Below, in pieces: positions 55,333-63,902 of a stretch of DNA of 64,000 nucleotides. Position numbers and translations under genes: made by a program. Source of the stretch: Candidatus Omnitrophus magneticus (lineage in GTDB: Bacteria > Omnitrophota > Gorgyraeia > Tantalellales > Tantalellaceae); the NCBI GenBank assembly GCA_000954095.1, contig JYNY01000203.1, forward strand, positions 17-64,016, read 5' to 3'. How positions within the stretch are numbered: the stretch's first letter is position 1; each line of letters opens with the position of its first letter. A model generated the notes under the pieces. That model saw only the letters and a list, made by a program, of their open reading frames with translations. It made no database searches and was not told where the DNA came from.

Positions 55333-56553
55333 TCAACTCAAAAATAATGAAATCGGAACACCCCAGATTTTTTCGGACAATTTAATAACATCCGTTCCAT
55401 TATAGACGAGAATTCCGGCCGAGCAACTCTTACTCGTTGACATATACGCCTTAATGCCCGCGATATCATTTTCATGGATACGACTGCCGTACTTTACCTC
55501 CACCGCCACAGTTTCACGTCCTAGTTCCAATATAAAGTCAACTTCAAACCTGCCTTGTATATTCCAGTATGTTATTTTCGCGTCAGGATAATACACAGAA
55601 ATAATTTCTAATAAATTCTGGGCAACATAATTTTCAAGAAATGCCCCCCGCAAAGGTTCATGGTTATCTAATTTTTTTACTCCGGCAAGATACGCGGCAA
55701 GCCCGCTGTCAGAAAAATAAATTTTTGGCGATTTTATCAATCTCTTAGTACGATTTGAAAGATGCGGAAAAAGACGGAATATAACAAACGATGCCTCCAT
55801 TAAAGAAATATATCTTGTTGTTGTCATCACATTAAGCTTAGCATCTCGCGCAAGTTCACTCTGATTTAAAACTTGGGCGTTTCGTAACGCGATAAGCTGT
55901 AATAAATGACGAAACGATACGATATCCGCCACTTGACTTAAAGAACGTATATCCCGCTCTAAATACGTTTGTTCATATCCTCTAAACCAAATATTCGAAT
56001 CTTTAACCTGCTTTAACGCTACAGACGGCATTCCGCCTAATAATATTTCATCAAACCCAATCGGTTTAATACCATAAACCTTAGGAAATACGCCTTTACT
56101 AATAAAATGAACAAGCGCCGGACAGCTTTTTGTATGCCCAAGCCTTTCCCTGCGGCTAAAAGGATAAAGCGTCAAATATACGGCCCTTCCCGCTAATGTT
56201 TCAGAAATATTTTTAAGTAAAAGAAAATTAGCGGAACCACTTAAAATAAATCTGCCGGGTTTACGATGTTTATCAACATCTCTTTTAATCGCGTTTAAAA
56301 TTTCAGGATATTTCTGCACTTCATCAATAGTAATCTCTTCGTCTTGCGAAAAAAGGCTTTCAGGCTCTCTCTGGGCTATCTCAAGTGTATTATAATCATC
56401 AAATGTAAAATAACGCCTCTTGTCAAATAAATCACATCTTTGCAAAAGCGTACTTTTTCCTGTCTGCCTCATACCGGAAAGAACAACCACCGGCATAGTT
56501 TTTAAAGCAGTACTAATAAGTTTTGAATTTTCACGGGGTAGATATTTTGTCAT
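55333..56553 (-). CDS. AAA ATPase with DUF4143 (COG1373-type) and a C-terminal PD-(D/E)XK-like motif
   Basis: Walker A SGMRQTGKSTLL and Walker B ITIDEVQ. C-terminal FEVDFILE...VAVEVKYG is restriction-endonuclease-like. Confidence 0.82.
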   Translation of the reverse strand: MTKYLPRENSKLISTALKTMPVVVLSGMRQTGKSTLLQRCDLFDKRRYFTFDDYNTLEIAQREPESLFSQDEEITIDEVQKYPEILNAIKRDVDKHRKPGRFILSGSANFLLLKNISETLAGRAVYLTLYPFSRRERLGHTKSCPALVHFISKGVFPKVYGIKPIGFDEILLGGMPSVALKQVKDSNIWFRGYEQTYLERDIRSLSQVADIVSFRHLLQLIALRNAQVLNQSELARDAKLNVMTTTRYISLMEASFVIFRLFPHLSNRTKRLIKSPKIYFSDSGLAAYLAGVKKLDNHEPLRGAFLENYVAQNLLEIISVYYPDAKITYWNIQGRFEVDFILELGRETVAVEVKYGSRIHENDIAGIKAYMSTSKSCSAGILVYNGTDVIKLSEKIWGVPISLFLS

Positions 56554-56561
56554 AATTTAAC

Positions 56562-56590
56562 ATTTTATGTTAGTATTTGACACGTGTCAA
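56562..56590 (-). promoter_or_regulatory. Promoter TTGACA-17-TAAAAT ending 8 nt before the ATG (possible leaderless mRNA), embedded in an 18-bp perfect palindrome
   Basis: Minus strand reads TTGACA(56590-56585)-17 nt-TAAAAT(56567-56562)-GTTAAATT-ATG(56553). The palindrome atttgacacgtgtcaaat is at 56575-56592. Confidence 0.5.
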
Positions 56591-56661
56591 ATGTTTTATT
56601 TTGAAAAAGATACGAATATTGCGGCCCCTGCCATTCTACGCCAAGCTAAAGGAGAATCGCG

Positions 56662-57288
56662 TCATATTCCTCCTAACACAAAATTTTTTAATAACGCGAG
56701 GCCGTTACTTTGGCTTTTTTCAGGATGAAACTGTACACCAAAAATATTATCCTTTTGAACACTCGCGGTAAGGCGCGCGCCTGAGTATTCTATCCAGCCT
56801 GAAACATCTTCCGCGCGAGAACACATCATTTGATAACTATGCACAAAATAAAAATCCGTACCGTCTTTTAATCCTTGATACAAAATATTTTCTTTACCTT
56901 CATTTTTAAATACCGCGTTAAATCCTATATGCGGGGTCCGCGCGTCTGGCGCCACGCGCGAAATATGCCTTACCGCGCCCTGAATCCAGCCAAGCCCTTT
57001 ACACGCGGAATGTTCTTCTCCGCTGGTAGCGAGTATCTGCATCCCTAAACATATTCCGAGAATCGGTATTTTTTTATTTAAAACAACCTCATTCAAAACA
57101 TCAATAAGCCCGAATTCCATTAAATTTTCCATCGCTTTATCAAACGCGCCGACACCCGGAAGAATAATTTTTTCTGATTTTAAAATAGTTTCAGCGCTAT
57201 TCGTAAAACAAAACCCGCACCCTAAAAAATCAAGCGCGTTCATTAAAGATTTTATATTACCCATTTTGTAATCTATTATTGTAATCAT
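56662..57288 (-). CDS. hisH: Imidazole glycerol phosphate synthase glutaminase subunit homolog (HisH-like, WbuY type)
   Basis: Class I amidotransferase: GICLGMQ nucleophile elbow and FVHSY / QFHPEKS His-Glu region. Confidence 0.85.
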   Translation of the reverse strand: MITIIDYKMGNIKSLMNALDFLGCGFCFTNSAETILKSEKIILPGVGAFDKAMENLMEFGLIDVLNEVVLNKKIPILGICLGMQILATSGEEHSACKGLGWIQGAVRHISRVAPDARTPHIGFNAVFKNEGKENILYQGLKDGTDFYFVHSYQMMCSRAEDVSGWIEYSGARLTASVQKDNIFGVQFHPEKSQSNGLALLKNFVLGGI

Positions 57289-57538
57289 AAAGTCTCTCCC
57301 GAATAGCTCTGACTTGACTGAACCAATACGTTTTACATTTTATTTCAACTCGACTTTCTAATTTCTGCCAAAATTTTTATTCCGTAAAATTTGGGCATGG
57401 GGAAACGTTTAAGAAGGCAGGTTAGAGGATATACGGCTAGCGCGAATCCACGCGGATAATATCTATCAAATCATATTATTCTATTTTCTTTTTTTTAGTT
57501 TTTCGCGTAAATAAATTTGTCCAACAATTTTTGGGCAT

Positions 57539-57614
57539 TGGTGCGCCTGGCCGGAATTGAACCGGCGGCCTACGGCTTAGGAGGCAGTCGCTCTATCCGC
57601 TGAGCTACAGGCGC
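57539..57614 (-). tRNA. tRNA-Arg (anticodon CCT)
   Basis: Reverse complement is GCGCCTGTAGCTCAGCGGATAGAGCGACTGCCTCCTAAGCCGTAGGCCGCCGGTTCAATTCCGGCCAGGCGCACCA. Anticodon loop cTCCTAa. One U:C mismatch in the anticodon stem. Encoded CCA. Confidence 0.85.
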
Positions 57615-57648
57615 GCGTAATGCTAACAATAACTCATAAAAATAAATT

Positions 57649-59778
57649 CTACGCTACTATTTTAAAGGTCACTATTATTTCTTTTGTTTCGCCCGCGGCT
57701 AAATTTAATTTCCATTTCGGAACAAAACACGATGCCTGATAATTGAGTTCATACGCTTTTTCAGACTGTGAAACTGTTTTTACCGGGAAATGCCATAAAT
57801 GACACTCTTCTGAAAACTCTAAAATACAAGAAGTTATTTTATCCGCGTCGGCTATATTTATACTAGATGTTTCATCTAGTTTCAAGAAATCTTTCATCCC
57901 ACCGCTAGACTCTTTTCCATTACTTGATATAGAATACTTGAACGAATCCGCGTCCGGCATTGTAAGGTTTATTTCAGGAGCAAAAATAGTAGAAAGCATT
58001 TTATCATCTTTATTTGTAATAGCATATTCCACAGTAAAAAAATCATTCTTCTGTTCTAAAACAACTTTTTTATTGAGTAAAACTTTTATGCCGTTCACAA
58101 CGCCTTCTCTATGCATCAATAACGTGACAGCTTTATTGGTTCTTTTTGTTTCAAAATTATACACGGCTTTAGCAAAATCTCCTTCTTCATTAACCGCGCA
58201 TTTTGAAAAATTTTCAATGTCCGCCGTAGCCGGCAAAAAATGGTCTATAAAACCGTATCTTTCATACTTATCATACACTAGGTAATCCGCTATTGATTTA
58301 TCCGTAACCTCTATAGCATCATGAATGGTTTTACAGCCGTCGCCAGCATGCGCTGTGGCACTATTTATTTTTTCAATTATTTTTTCATGATACGCTTCTT
58401 TTCTTCTGGTTAAAATATTCATTAAATTATGACACACTATTTTTGAATCTATTTCTTTAAGAGTCCCTCCTTCAGCCGGTGAAAAATAAAGAGTTATTTT
58501 TGGATTTTCCATTATAACTTCATCAAAACCATTTGTATCAAAATCCAGCGCTCTGATAGTAGCGAACATTTTATCTCCGTAAAGTGCCTTGTCTATATAG
58601 GCTTCGCTCTTAATAAGGTTATGATATATCGCGCTTCTTAAATGAAATAAATAAAGCCCTCCGAACACGCCGTGCCAGTAAGCGCAATTGCATTGGCCTC
58701 TAAAAAGATACCGTTTTATCTCGCTTAATTTGTCCTGCCTGACATGAATATTATTTAATGCCTCTATTTTTTTGCTGACATAAATCATTTTTTTATTCAT
58801 GTGGTTTGATTCAGGATATTTTGTAAGAAAATTCCGCCAAAACCCGCCACGCATAAAAGGTTTATACTGTTCTTCTTTCCCGATATTTTTTATCTCTTCT
58901 TTAACCTTTTCGTATAAAATCTGAGTTTCAACGGGAAGCGCCCATTCAAGCATTTCTTCATAAGAACTTGTTGGCAGATAAACTTTACCTAACGGCGGTT
59001 TTTCGTTTAAACATTCTGAAAATGTTTTTGTGGAAAGCCAATCGCTGTTTCGTTTTAATTCATCCAAAAATTTCACAAGCCATTTTTCTTCATAAACCCA
59101 TTTAGCCGTTCCCGGCCATTCGCCGAATTTTTCTCCGTCATCGCCGTACACAAATGTTGGATTTGAATTGTCTCTCGCGATGTTCCGCATATATTCTATG
59201 GCTTCATGCGGCATTCTAAACGGAATACTATAACGAAGCACTTTATCCGAAGGAAACACAGCCACGGTTTTCCCGTTGTCTTCGGTCATATAATACCCGT
59301 AAGTTTTATTTTTATTGATTCCGGAATAAAGAAAATGCGTGTCATCCAAAATAATATATTTTATATTCGCGTCATAAAAAATTGATGGAAGACCCGGCTC
59401 CCATATCCGTTCCGCGACCCAAGCGCCTTTTGCCTCATATGAAAATTTATGTTTTATATATTTGTTTAAAAGTTCTATCTGGCTTATCCTGTCGTTTCTC
59501 GGTATTGACGCGAGTATCGGCTCATAAAAACCGCCTGACATAATTTCTATCTGGCCTTGATTAACCATAGCGCGCACAGTATCTATAATTTTCGGACGGT
59601 TTATTTCAATCCATTCAAGAAGGCATCCGGTAAAATGAAAACTCATTTTTATTTCCGGATATTTTTTAAATACTTCTAAAAACGGCCAATAACAGTTATC
59701 GCACGCGCGCGCGATCACATCATCAAAATTTCCTACCGGCTGGTGGAAATGTATTCCCATTGCTAAACTAGCCCGCAT
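57649..59778 (-). CDS. GH57 family 4-alpha-glucanotransferase-like enzyme
   Basis: GIHFHQPVGNF, FHFTGCLLEWIE, GGFYEPILASIP, AERIWEP and GDDGEKFGEWPGT closely follow the Thermococcus-type GH57 4-alpha-glucanotransferase pattern as I recall it. Confidence 0.85.
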   Translation of the reverse strand: MRASLAMGIHFHQPVGNFDDVIARACDNCYWPFLEVFKKYPEIKMSFHFTGCLLEWIEINRPKIIDTVRAMVNQGQIEIMSGGFYEPILASIPRNDRISQIELLNKYIKHKFSYEAKGAWVAERIWEPGLPSIFYDANIKYIILDDTHFLYSGINKNKTYGYYMTEDNGKTVAVFPSDKVLRYSIPFRMPHEAIEYMRNIARDNSNPTFVYGDDGEKFGEWPGTAKWVYEEKWLVKFLDELKRNSDWLSTKTFSECLNEKPPLGKVYLPTSSYEEMLEWALPVETQILYEKVKEEIKNIGKEEQYKPFMRGGFWRNFLTKYPESNHMNKKMIYVSKKIEALNNIHVRQDKLSEIKRYLFRGQCNCAYWHGVFGGLYLFHLRSAIYHNLIKSEAYIDKALYGDKMFATIRALDFDTNGFDEVIMENPKITLYFSPAEGGTLKEIDSKIVCHNLMNILTRRKEAYHEKIIEKINSATAHAGDGCKTIHDAIEVTDKSIADYLVYDKYERYGFIDHFLPATADIENFSKCAVNEEGDFAKAVYNFETKRTNKAVTLLMHREGVVNGIKVLLNKKVVLEQKNDFFTVEYAITNKDDKMLSTIFAPEINLTMPDADSFKYSISSNGKESSGGMKDFLKLDETSSINIADADKITSCILEFSEECHLWHFPVKTVSQSEKAYELNYQASCFVPKWKLNLAAGETKEIIVTFKIVA

Positions 59779-61288
59779 TGTTAAACCTCCTGTGATTTAT
59801 CCACGTTTCTTTATTTCCGTTGGTTAAAATTTTTTTATATATTCCCACATATTCTAACGCTGACCTCTGCCATGAATGATCTTCCGCCATGCCGCGCAGG
59901 ATTATACCGCGCCATTCGGCCTTTTTCTTTTTATAGCAGTTAACCGCTTCTTTTAGGCTGGCAAGAAATTCACTTTTTTCAGCCTGCCTGAATTTAAAAC
60001 CATTGCCTTTCGCTTTATCCATACCGGCATCGATAACAACATCATCAAGCCCGCCTGTGGCGCGGACTACAGGCACTGTCCCGTATTTAAGGCTATACAT
60101 TTGATTAAGCCCGCAAGGTTCAAATCTTGACGGCATAACATATATGTCGCTCCCTGCCTCTATTTTATACGCCAAGCCTTCGTTAAATCCAACATGTATA
60201 TTTATTTTCCCCGGATATTTTTCGATGTATTCTTTGAACTTTTTATTACACCATTCGTCTCCAGCGCCCAATAAAACCAAGGAACATCCCATTTGCATGA
60301 TTTCATCTATCGCTTCAATCAAAATATCAATTCCCTTTTGATGAACAAGACGAGACACGCACCCTACTATCGGCTCATCAGAAAGAGTCGTAAGATTCAT
60401 TTGTTCTATCAAATCATTTTTACAAATATTTTTATTTTCTATAGTATTTTCATCATATTTTATTTTTATGAATTTATCATTTGCCGGATTCCATTCCGAA
60501 TAATCAACACCGTTTAAAACACCGTAAAGATTTGCCTGTTTTTGTTTTATAAGCCCATCGAGTCCCGCGCCGTATTCAGGAGTTTTTATTTCTTCGGCAT
60601 AACGCCTGCTTACGGTACTTACCGCGTCTGAATATAAAATCCCTGATTTTAAAAAATTTATTTTTCCGTAAAACTCGAGATTTTGCATATTAAAAAATTC
60701 CGGGCCTATGCCGAGACGGCTTAAATCGCGCCTGTCAAAAATCCCTTGATACGCCATATTATGTATAGTAAAAAGGGTCCGTGTGCATGAAAAATGCGCG
60801 ATAGTATCTAAAGATGGAAGACAAAATTTTAAATAAAATGGTATAAGCCCTGTATGCCAATCGTTTAAGTGAATGATATCAGGCTTAAAGTCTAGATATT
60901 CAGCAATAGCTAAACACGCTCTTCCAAAAAATCCGAATCTCGCGGCATTATCAGGATAATCCCCGAATTTTGTGCCGTAAAAACCATCACGGTTAAAATA
61001 TTTATCCTTTTCAACAAAATAGATAGAAAGACCATTATCCGTATATTCAAATAAATTAAATCCTAAAATGGCCCCGGAAATTTTATTTTTTATACGTCCG
61101 CGTTTTTTTATATTTTTCGCGAATAATGAATTCTTTACCGACTTATAAAAAGGAGTAACCACGCGCACATCATGGCCTAAGGCTGTTAATGCTTTAGGCA
61201 GGCTTCCCGCGACATCGCTAAGCCCCCCTGTTTTTGAAAAAGGAAAGACTTCGCTTGCGGTAAAAAGAATTTTTAAAGATTGGTTCAT
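59768..61288 (-). CDS. glgA: Glycogen/starch synthase (GT5)
   Basis: KILFTASEVFPFSKTGGLSDVAGSLPKAL (KTGGL motif) and a C-terminal PSRFEPCGLNQMY block. Confidence 0.93.
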   Translation of the reverse strand: MNQSLKILFTASEVFPFSKTGGLSDVAGSLPKALTALGHDVRVVTPFYKSVKNSLFAKNIKKRGRIKNKISGAILGFNLFEYTDNGLSIYFVEKDKYFNRDGFYGTKFGDYPDNAARFGFFGRACLAIAEYLDFKPDIIHLNDWHTGLIPFYLKFCLPSLDTIAHFSCTRTLFTIHNMAYQGIFDRRDLSRLGIGPEFFNMQNLEFYGKINFLKSGILYSDAVSTVSRRYAEEIKTPEYGAGLDGLIKQKQANLYGVLNGVDYSEWNPANDKFIKIKYDENTIENKNICKNDLIEQMNLTTLSDEPIVGCVSRLVHQKGIDILIEAIDEIMQMGCSLVLLGAGDEWCNKKFKEYIEKYPGKINIHVGFNEGLAYKIEAGSDIYVMPSRFEPCGLNQMYSLKYGTVPVVRATGGLDDVVIDAGMDKAKGNGFKFRQAEKSEFLASLKEAVNCYKKKKAEWRGIILRGMAEDHSWQRSALEYVGIYKKILTNGNKETWINHRRFNNAG

Positions 61289-61373
61289 ATTAATCCCACA
61301 TGCTTATTTACACGAAAAATGTATACTCTCTTTTAAAAAAATTTAAAAATATAACATTTGTAAAACATTCTTT

Positions 61374-61447
61374 GTAACCACTAAACGGTTTATAATTACA
61401 AACTTAATTATAAACATTGTAATTACTACCCACTGAGCGGGAATTGC
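61374..61447. repeat. Two diverged hairpin-A units between glgA and the GH57 gene
   Basis: gtaaccactaaacggtttataattac (61374-61399) and gtaattactacccactgagcgggaattgc (61419-61447). Confidence 0.6.
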
Positions 61448-61475
61448 ACAACCAATAATGCCAATATTTTTGGGG

Positions 61476-63605
61476 TTAACACGGCTTTCCTACGCCGGGC
61501 ACAAAAAACTGAAATACTCCGTTATTAGGCCACGTTTCTTGTTCCTGCCCGTCTTTTATAACAGAAATATTAAATTCTACTTTACTTTTATGGGAAACAT
61601 TTATTTCATTAAACGGGATTTTAATTTCCATGACTTTATTGAAAATATACATATTAAAATCTTTTTGCGATAATACTTCTCCGTTATTTCCCAATACGGT
61701 AAGTTTGCCTGAATGTTTATCAAAACAAAGTTCCAAGTTTACTCGGGAAGGAATATATATATCAATGCCTAACTTAAAACCATGTTTATTCATCTCTTTC
61801 AAAAAATGTTCAGCAGGTTTAACAATAACATATAAATTCACCATATCAGAACCATATCCCAAAGATTCAATAATCGCATCTGTTCTGACCATCTCCATTG
61901 ACAATTGGCGGGTAGTATACTGAGTACTCTCCAGCCACTCGCTTTCATCCGTTAACAACCCGTCCATAACAGGCGGAACTTCCATTATCCCTTCCAATTT
62001 TCTTTCATTTTTTTTCTCTCCGCATGCCCCGCAAATCGGATGCTGTAAAAATTCAGGAATTTCTTTACCCATAATTTTATAAATATTAGCTAGATGCATT
62101 CTGAATAAATCATCAAAAACATAATTAAGTTCTGTGCCGAATTCATCGTACCACCAAAACCAATCGCTACCTTCGGCAATATATAATTCTTCTAACGCCT
62201 CTTTTGAAAGATATCTCCACTTGAATATTTCTTCACGCACTTTACTGAGATATTCCCACGCTTTATTTTTTTCAGAAAGCCCTATCCATTTTCTAAAGTC
62301 ACCGTTTATCCATGAACCTCTCGCTAAATGGTCTATCCGTTTAGCCTCTTTTGAATGCTCTACCGCGTAATCGCCGATATTTACTACTTCCACTTCTTTA
62401 TTTTCAGTAAAAAATTTATACGAACGCGAAAGAAATTCTTTGCCTCCATCAGGATAATACGGCCATGGATTTTCTCCATCAAGAATAATAGAAATTATAT
62501 GCTGCCCGTCGCGTCTATCCATCGCGTGTTTAACGCCTAATATATCTTGGCATAAATATCTGGAAGACTGTTCAGGTGGCATATGGGAATATCTGAAACT
62601 TATCGCGTTTGATATGTGTATATCCCTGAAAACCATTGATACTTTGCTATTGTTATTATAAGCGTTAAAAAGTGAAAATAATAAATCATCCCTGCCTTTC
62701 CCGCTGTCTTTAAAAGATTTCATTAATATCGCTTCATCCGTAGCAATCCATTTAATGCCGTACTTTTCAAAAATAGGGATAACTTCAGGACCTACAGAAC
62801 CTTCCGCAGGCCACATGCCTCGGGGTGCCCAGTCAAAAACCTGTTTATAAAGTTCAACCGCTTTCTTAACATGCCAGTCAGCATCAATTTCAAAATGATA
62901 TCCTTCATGCGCGTTATCGCCACGCGCTAATAACGGCAGAATCGGATGATAATACGGCGTCGTTGAAACCTCAATCTGGCCTTTATCCTGCATTTTTTTA
63001 TATAAAGGCAGGATGGCACGCACTATTTCTTTTTGTTTCGCGAGAAGCGCTAACTTTTCTTCTTCTGTGTAATCTCCGGCTTTGGCAACAAGCGTCTTAA
63101 CCAAAACATCTTTTGTCCTCAATGTAAAACCGCACCACGCCAAATTAAAAAACACCTGAAGATCCCGAAAATCCTGCTCTGTAAAATCTTTTAATTTTGG
63201 AATTAATTTCGACGGGTTGACCTCGTCTCCCCTTTTATATAAAATCTCTTTGTATTTATGAAACGGATATATCGCGGTCTGCGGATGACATGAAAAAAAA
63301 TATTTGAGCATAAAAAGTTTATCTTCTTTTGTCAAACTTCCAGCATGTTTCAAAGACAATTCCAAATATGTGTCATCTTCTCCGCCGCCGTTAGAAATAT
63401 CTAAAAGCTGAAACATAAGTACCGGAGTTATATTAAAAGTCCCCTTAACCGCGGGAAACTCTTCTAAAAGAGAAATCATGTCATAATACGAATATGTGGA
63501 ATGAAGCCTCACCCAAGGCAGATGATATTTACCCGTAACAAAATCTTTATATAACGGCTGGTGCATATGCCACAAAAAAGCTACTGATAATTTTTTAGTC
63601 ATCAT
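61476..63605 (-). CDS. GH57 family glycoside hydrolase (alpha-amylase/amylopullulanase-like)
   Basis: AFLWHMHQPLYKD, WVRLHSTYSYYDM, EVSTTPYYHPILP and GMWPAEGSV follow GH57 conserved regions. GGGAG RBS. Confidence 0.85.
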   Translation of the reverse strand: MMTKKLSVAFLWHMHQPLYKDFVTGKYHLPWVRLHSTYSYYDMISLLEEFPAVKGTFNITPVLMFQLLDISNGGGEDDTYLELSLKHAGSLTKEDKLFMLKYFFSCHPQTAIYPFHKYKEILYKRGDEVNPSKLIPKLKDFTEQDFRDLQVFFNLAWCGFTLRTKDVLVKTLVAKAGDYTEEEKLALLAKQKEIVRAILPLYKKMQDKGQIEVSTTPYYHPILPLLARGDNAHEGYHFEIDADWHVKKAVELYKQVFDWAPRGMWPAEGSVGPEVIPIFEKYGIKWIATDEAILMKSFKDSGKGRDDLLFSLFNAYNNNSKVSMVFRDIHISNAISFRYSHMPPEQSSRYLCQDILGVKHAMDRRDGQHIISIILDGENPWPYYPDGGKEFLSRSYKFFTENKEVEVVNIGDYAVEHSKEAKRIDHLARGSWINGDFRKWIGLSEKNKAWEYLSKVREEIFKWRYLSKEALEELYIAEGSDWFWWYDEFGTELNYVFDDLFRMHLANIYKIMGKEIPEFLQHPICGACGEKKNERKLEGIMEVPPVMDGLLTDESEWLESTQYTTRQLSMEMVRTDAIIESLGYGSDMVNLYVIVKPAEHFLKEMNKHGFKLGIDIYIPSRVNLELCFDKHSGKLTVLGNNGEVLSQKDFNMYIFNKVMEIKIPFNEINVSHKSKVEFNISVIKDGQEQETWPNNGVFQFFVPGVGKPC

Positions 63606-63618
63606 TACTCCCTAAATT

Positions 63619-63788
63619 AACCGTAAAACTGCGTTTGGACATAGATGAAGAATGCTAAGATGTTTGAGATAAAAGGCTTAAAAAAATTTGTAGGCGCACC
63701 ATTTGATGAGGTGCGTCAAAAATTTTTTTAAGCCTTTTAGCCGAACAGATTCGCATTATTCGCTATGGACAAATGCAGTTTTTCGGTT
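63619..63788. repeat. 170-bp palindromic (MITE-like) element with roughly 70-nt imperfect arms and an inner hairpin
   Basis: The left arm aaccgtaaaactgcgtttggacatagatgaagaatgctaagatgtttgagataaaaggcttaaaaaaattt pairs with the reverse complement of the right arm, aaccgaaaaactgcatttgtccatagcgaataatgcgaatctgttcggctaaaaggcttaaaaaaattt. The centre holds gcgcacc..ggtgcg. Confidence 0.85.
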
Positions 63789-63902
63789 TAGTATGTTTAG
63801 TAATTACATCTGAATTATGCAGAAGTTTTATTCACATCTTTCCCAACAGAATATAATATACTTAACATATCTAATTTTTACAAATAATTGCCTAAAATTT
63901 TT

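Noticed and set aside
53944-57288. hisF/hisH as part of histidine biosynthesis.
   Set aside because: No hisA/B/C/D/G/I genes are nearby, the hisF-like N-terminus is the divergent glycan-locus type, and the neighbours are glycosyltransferases. It remains possible only if the genome lacks another pair.
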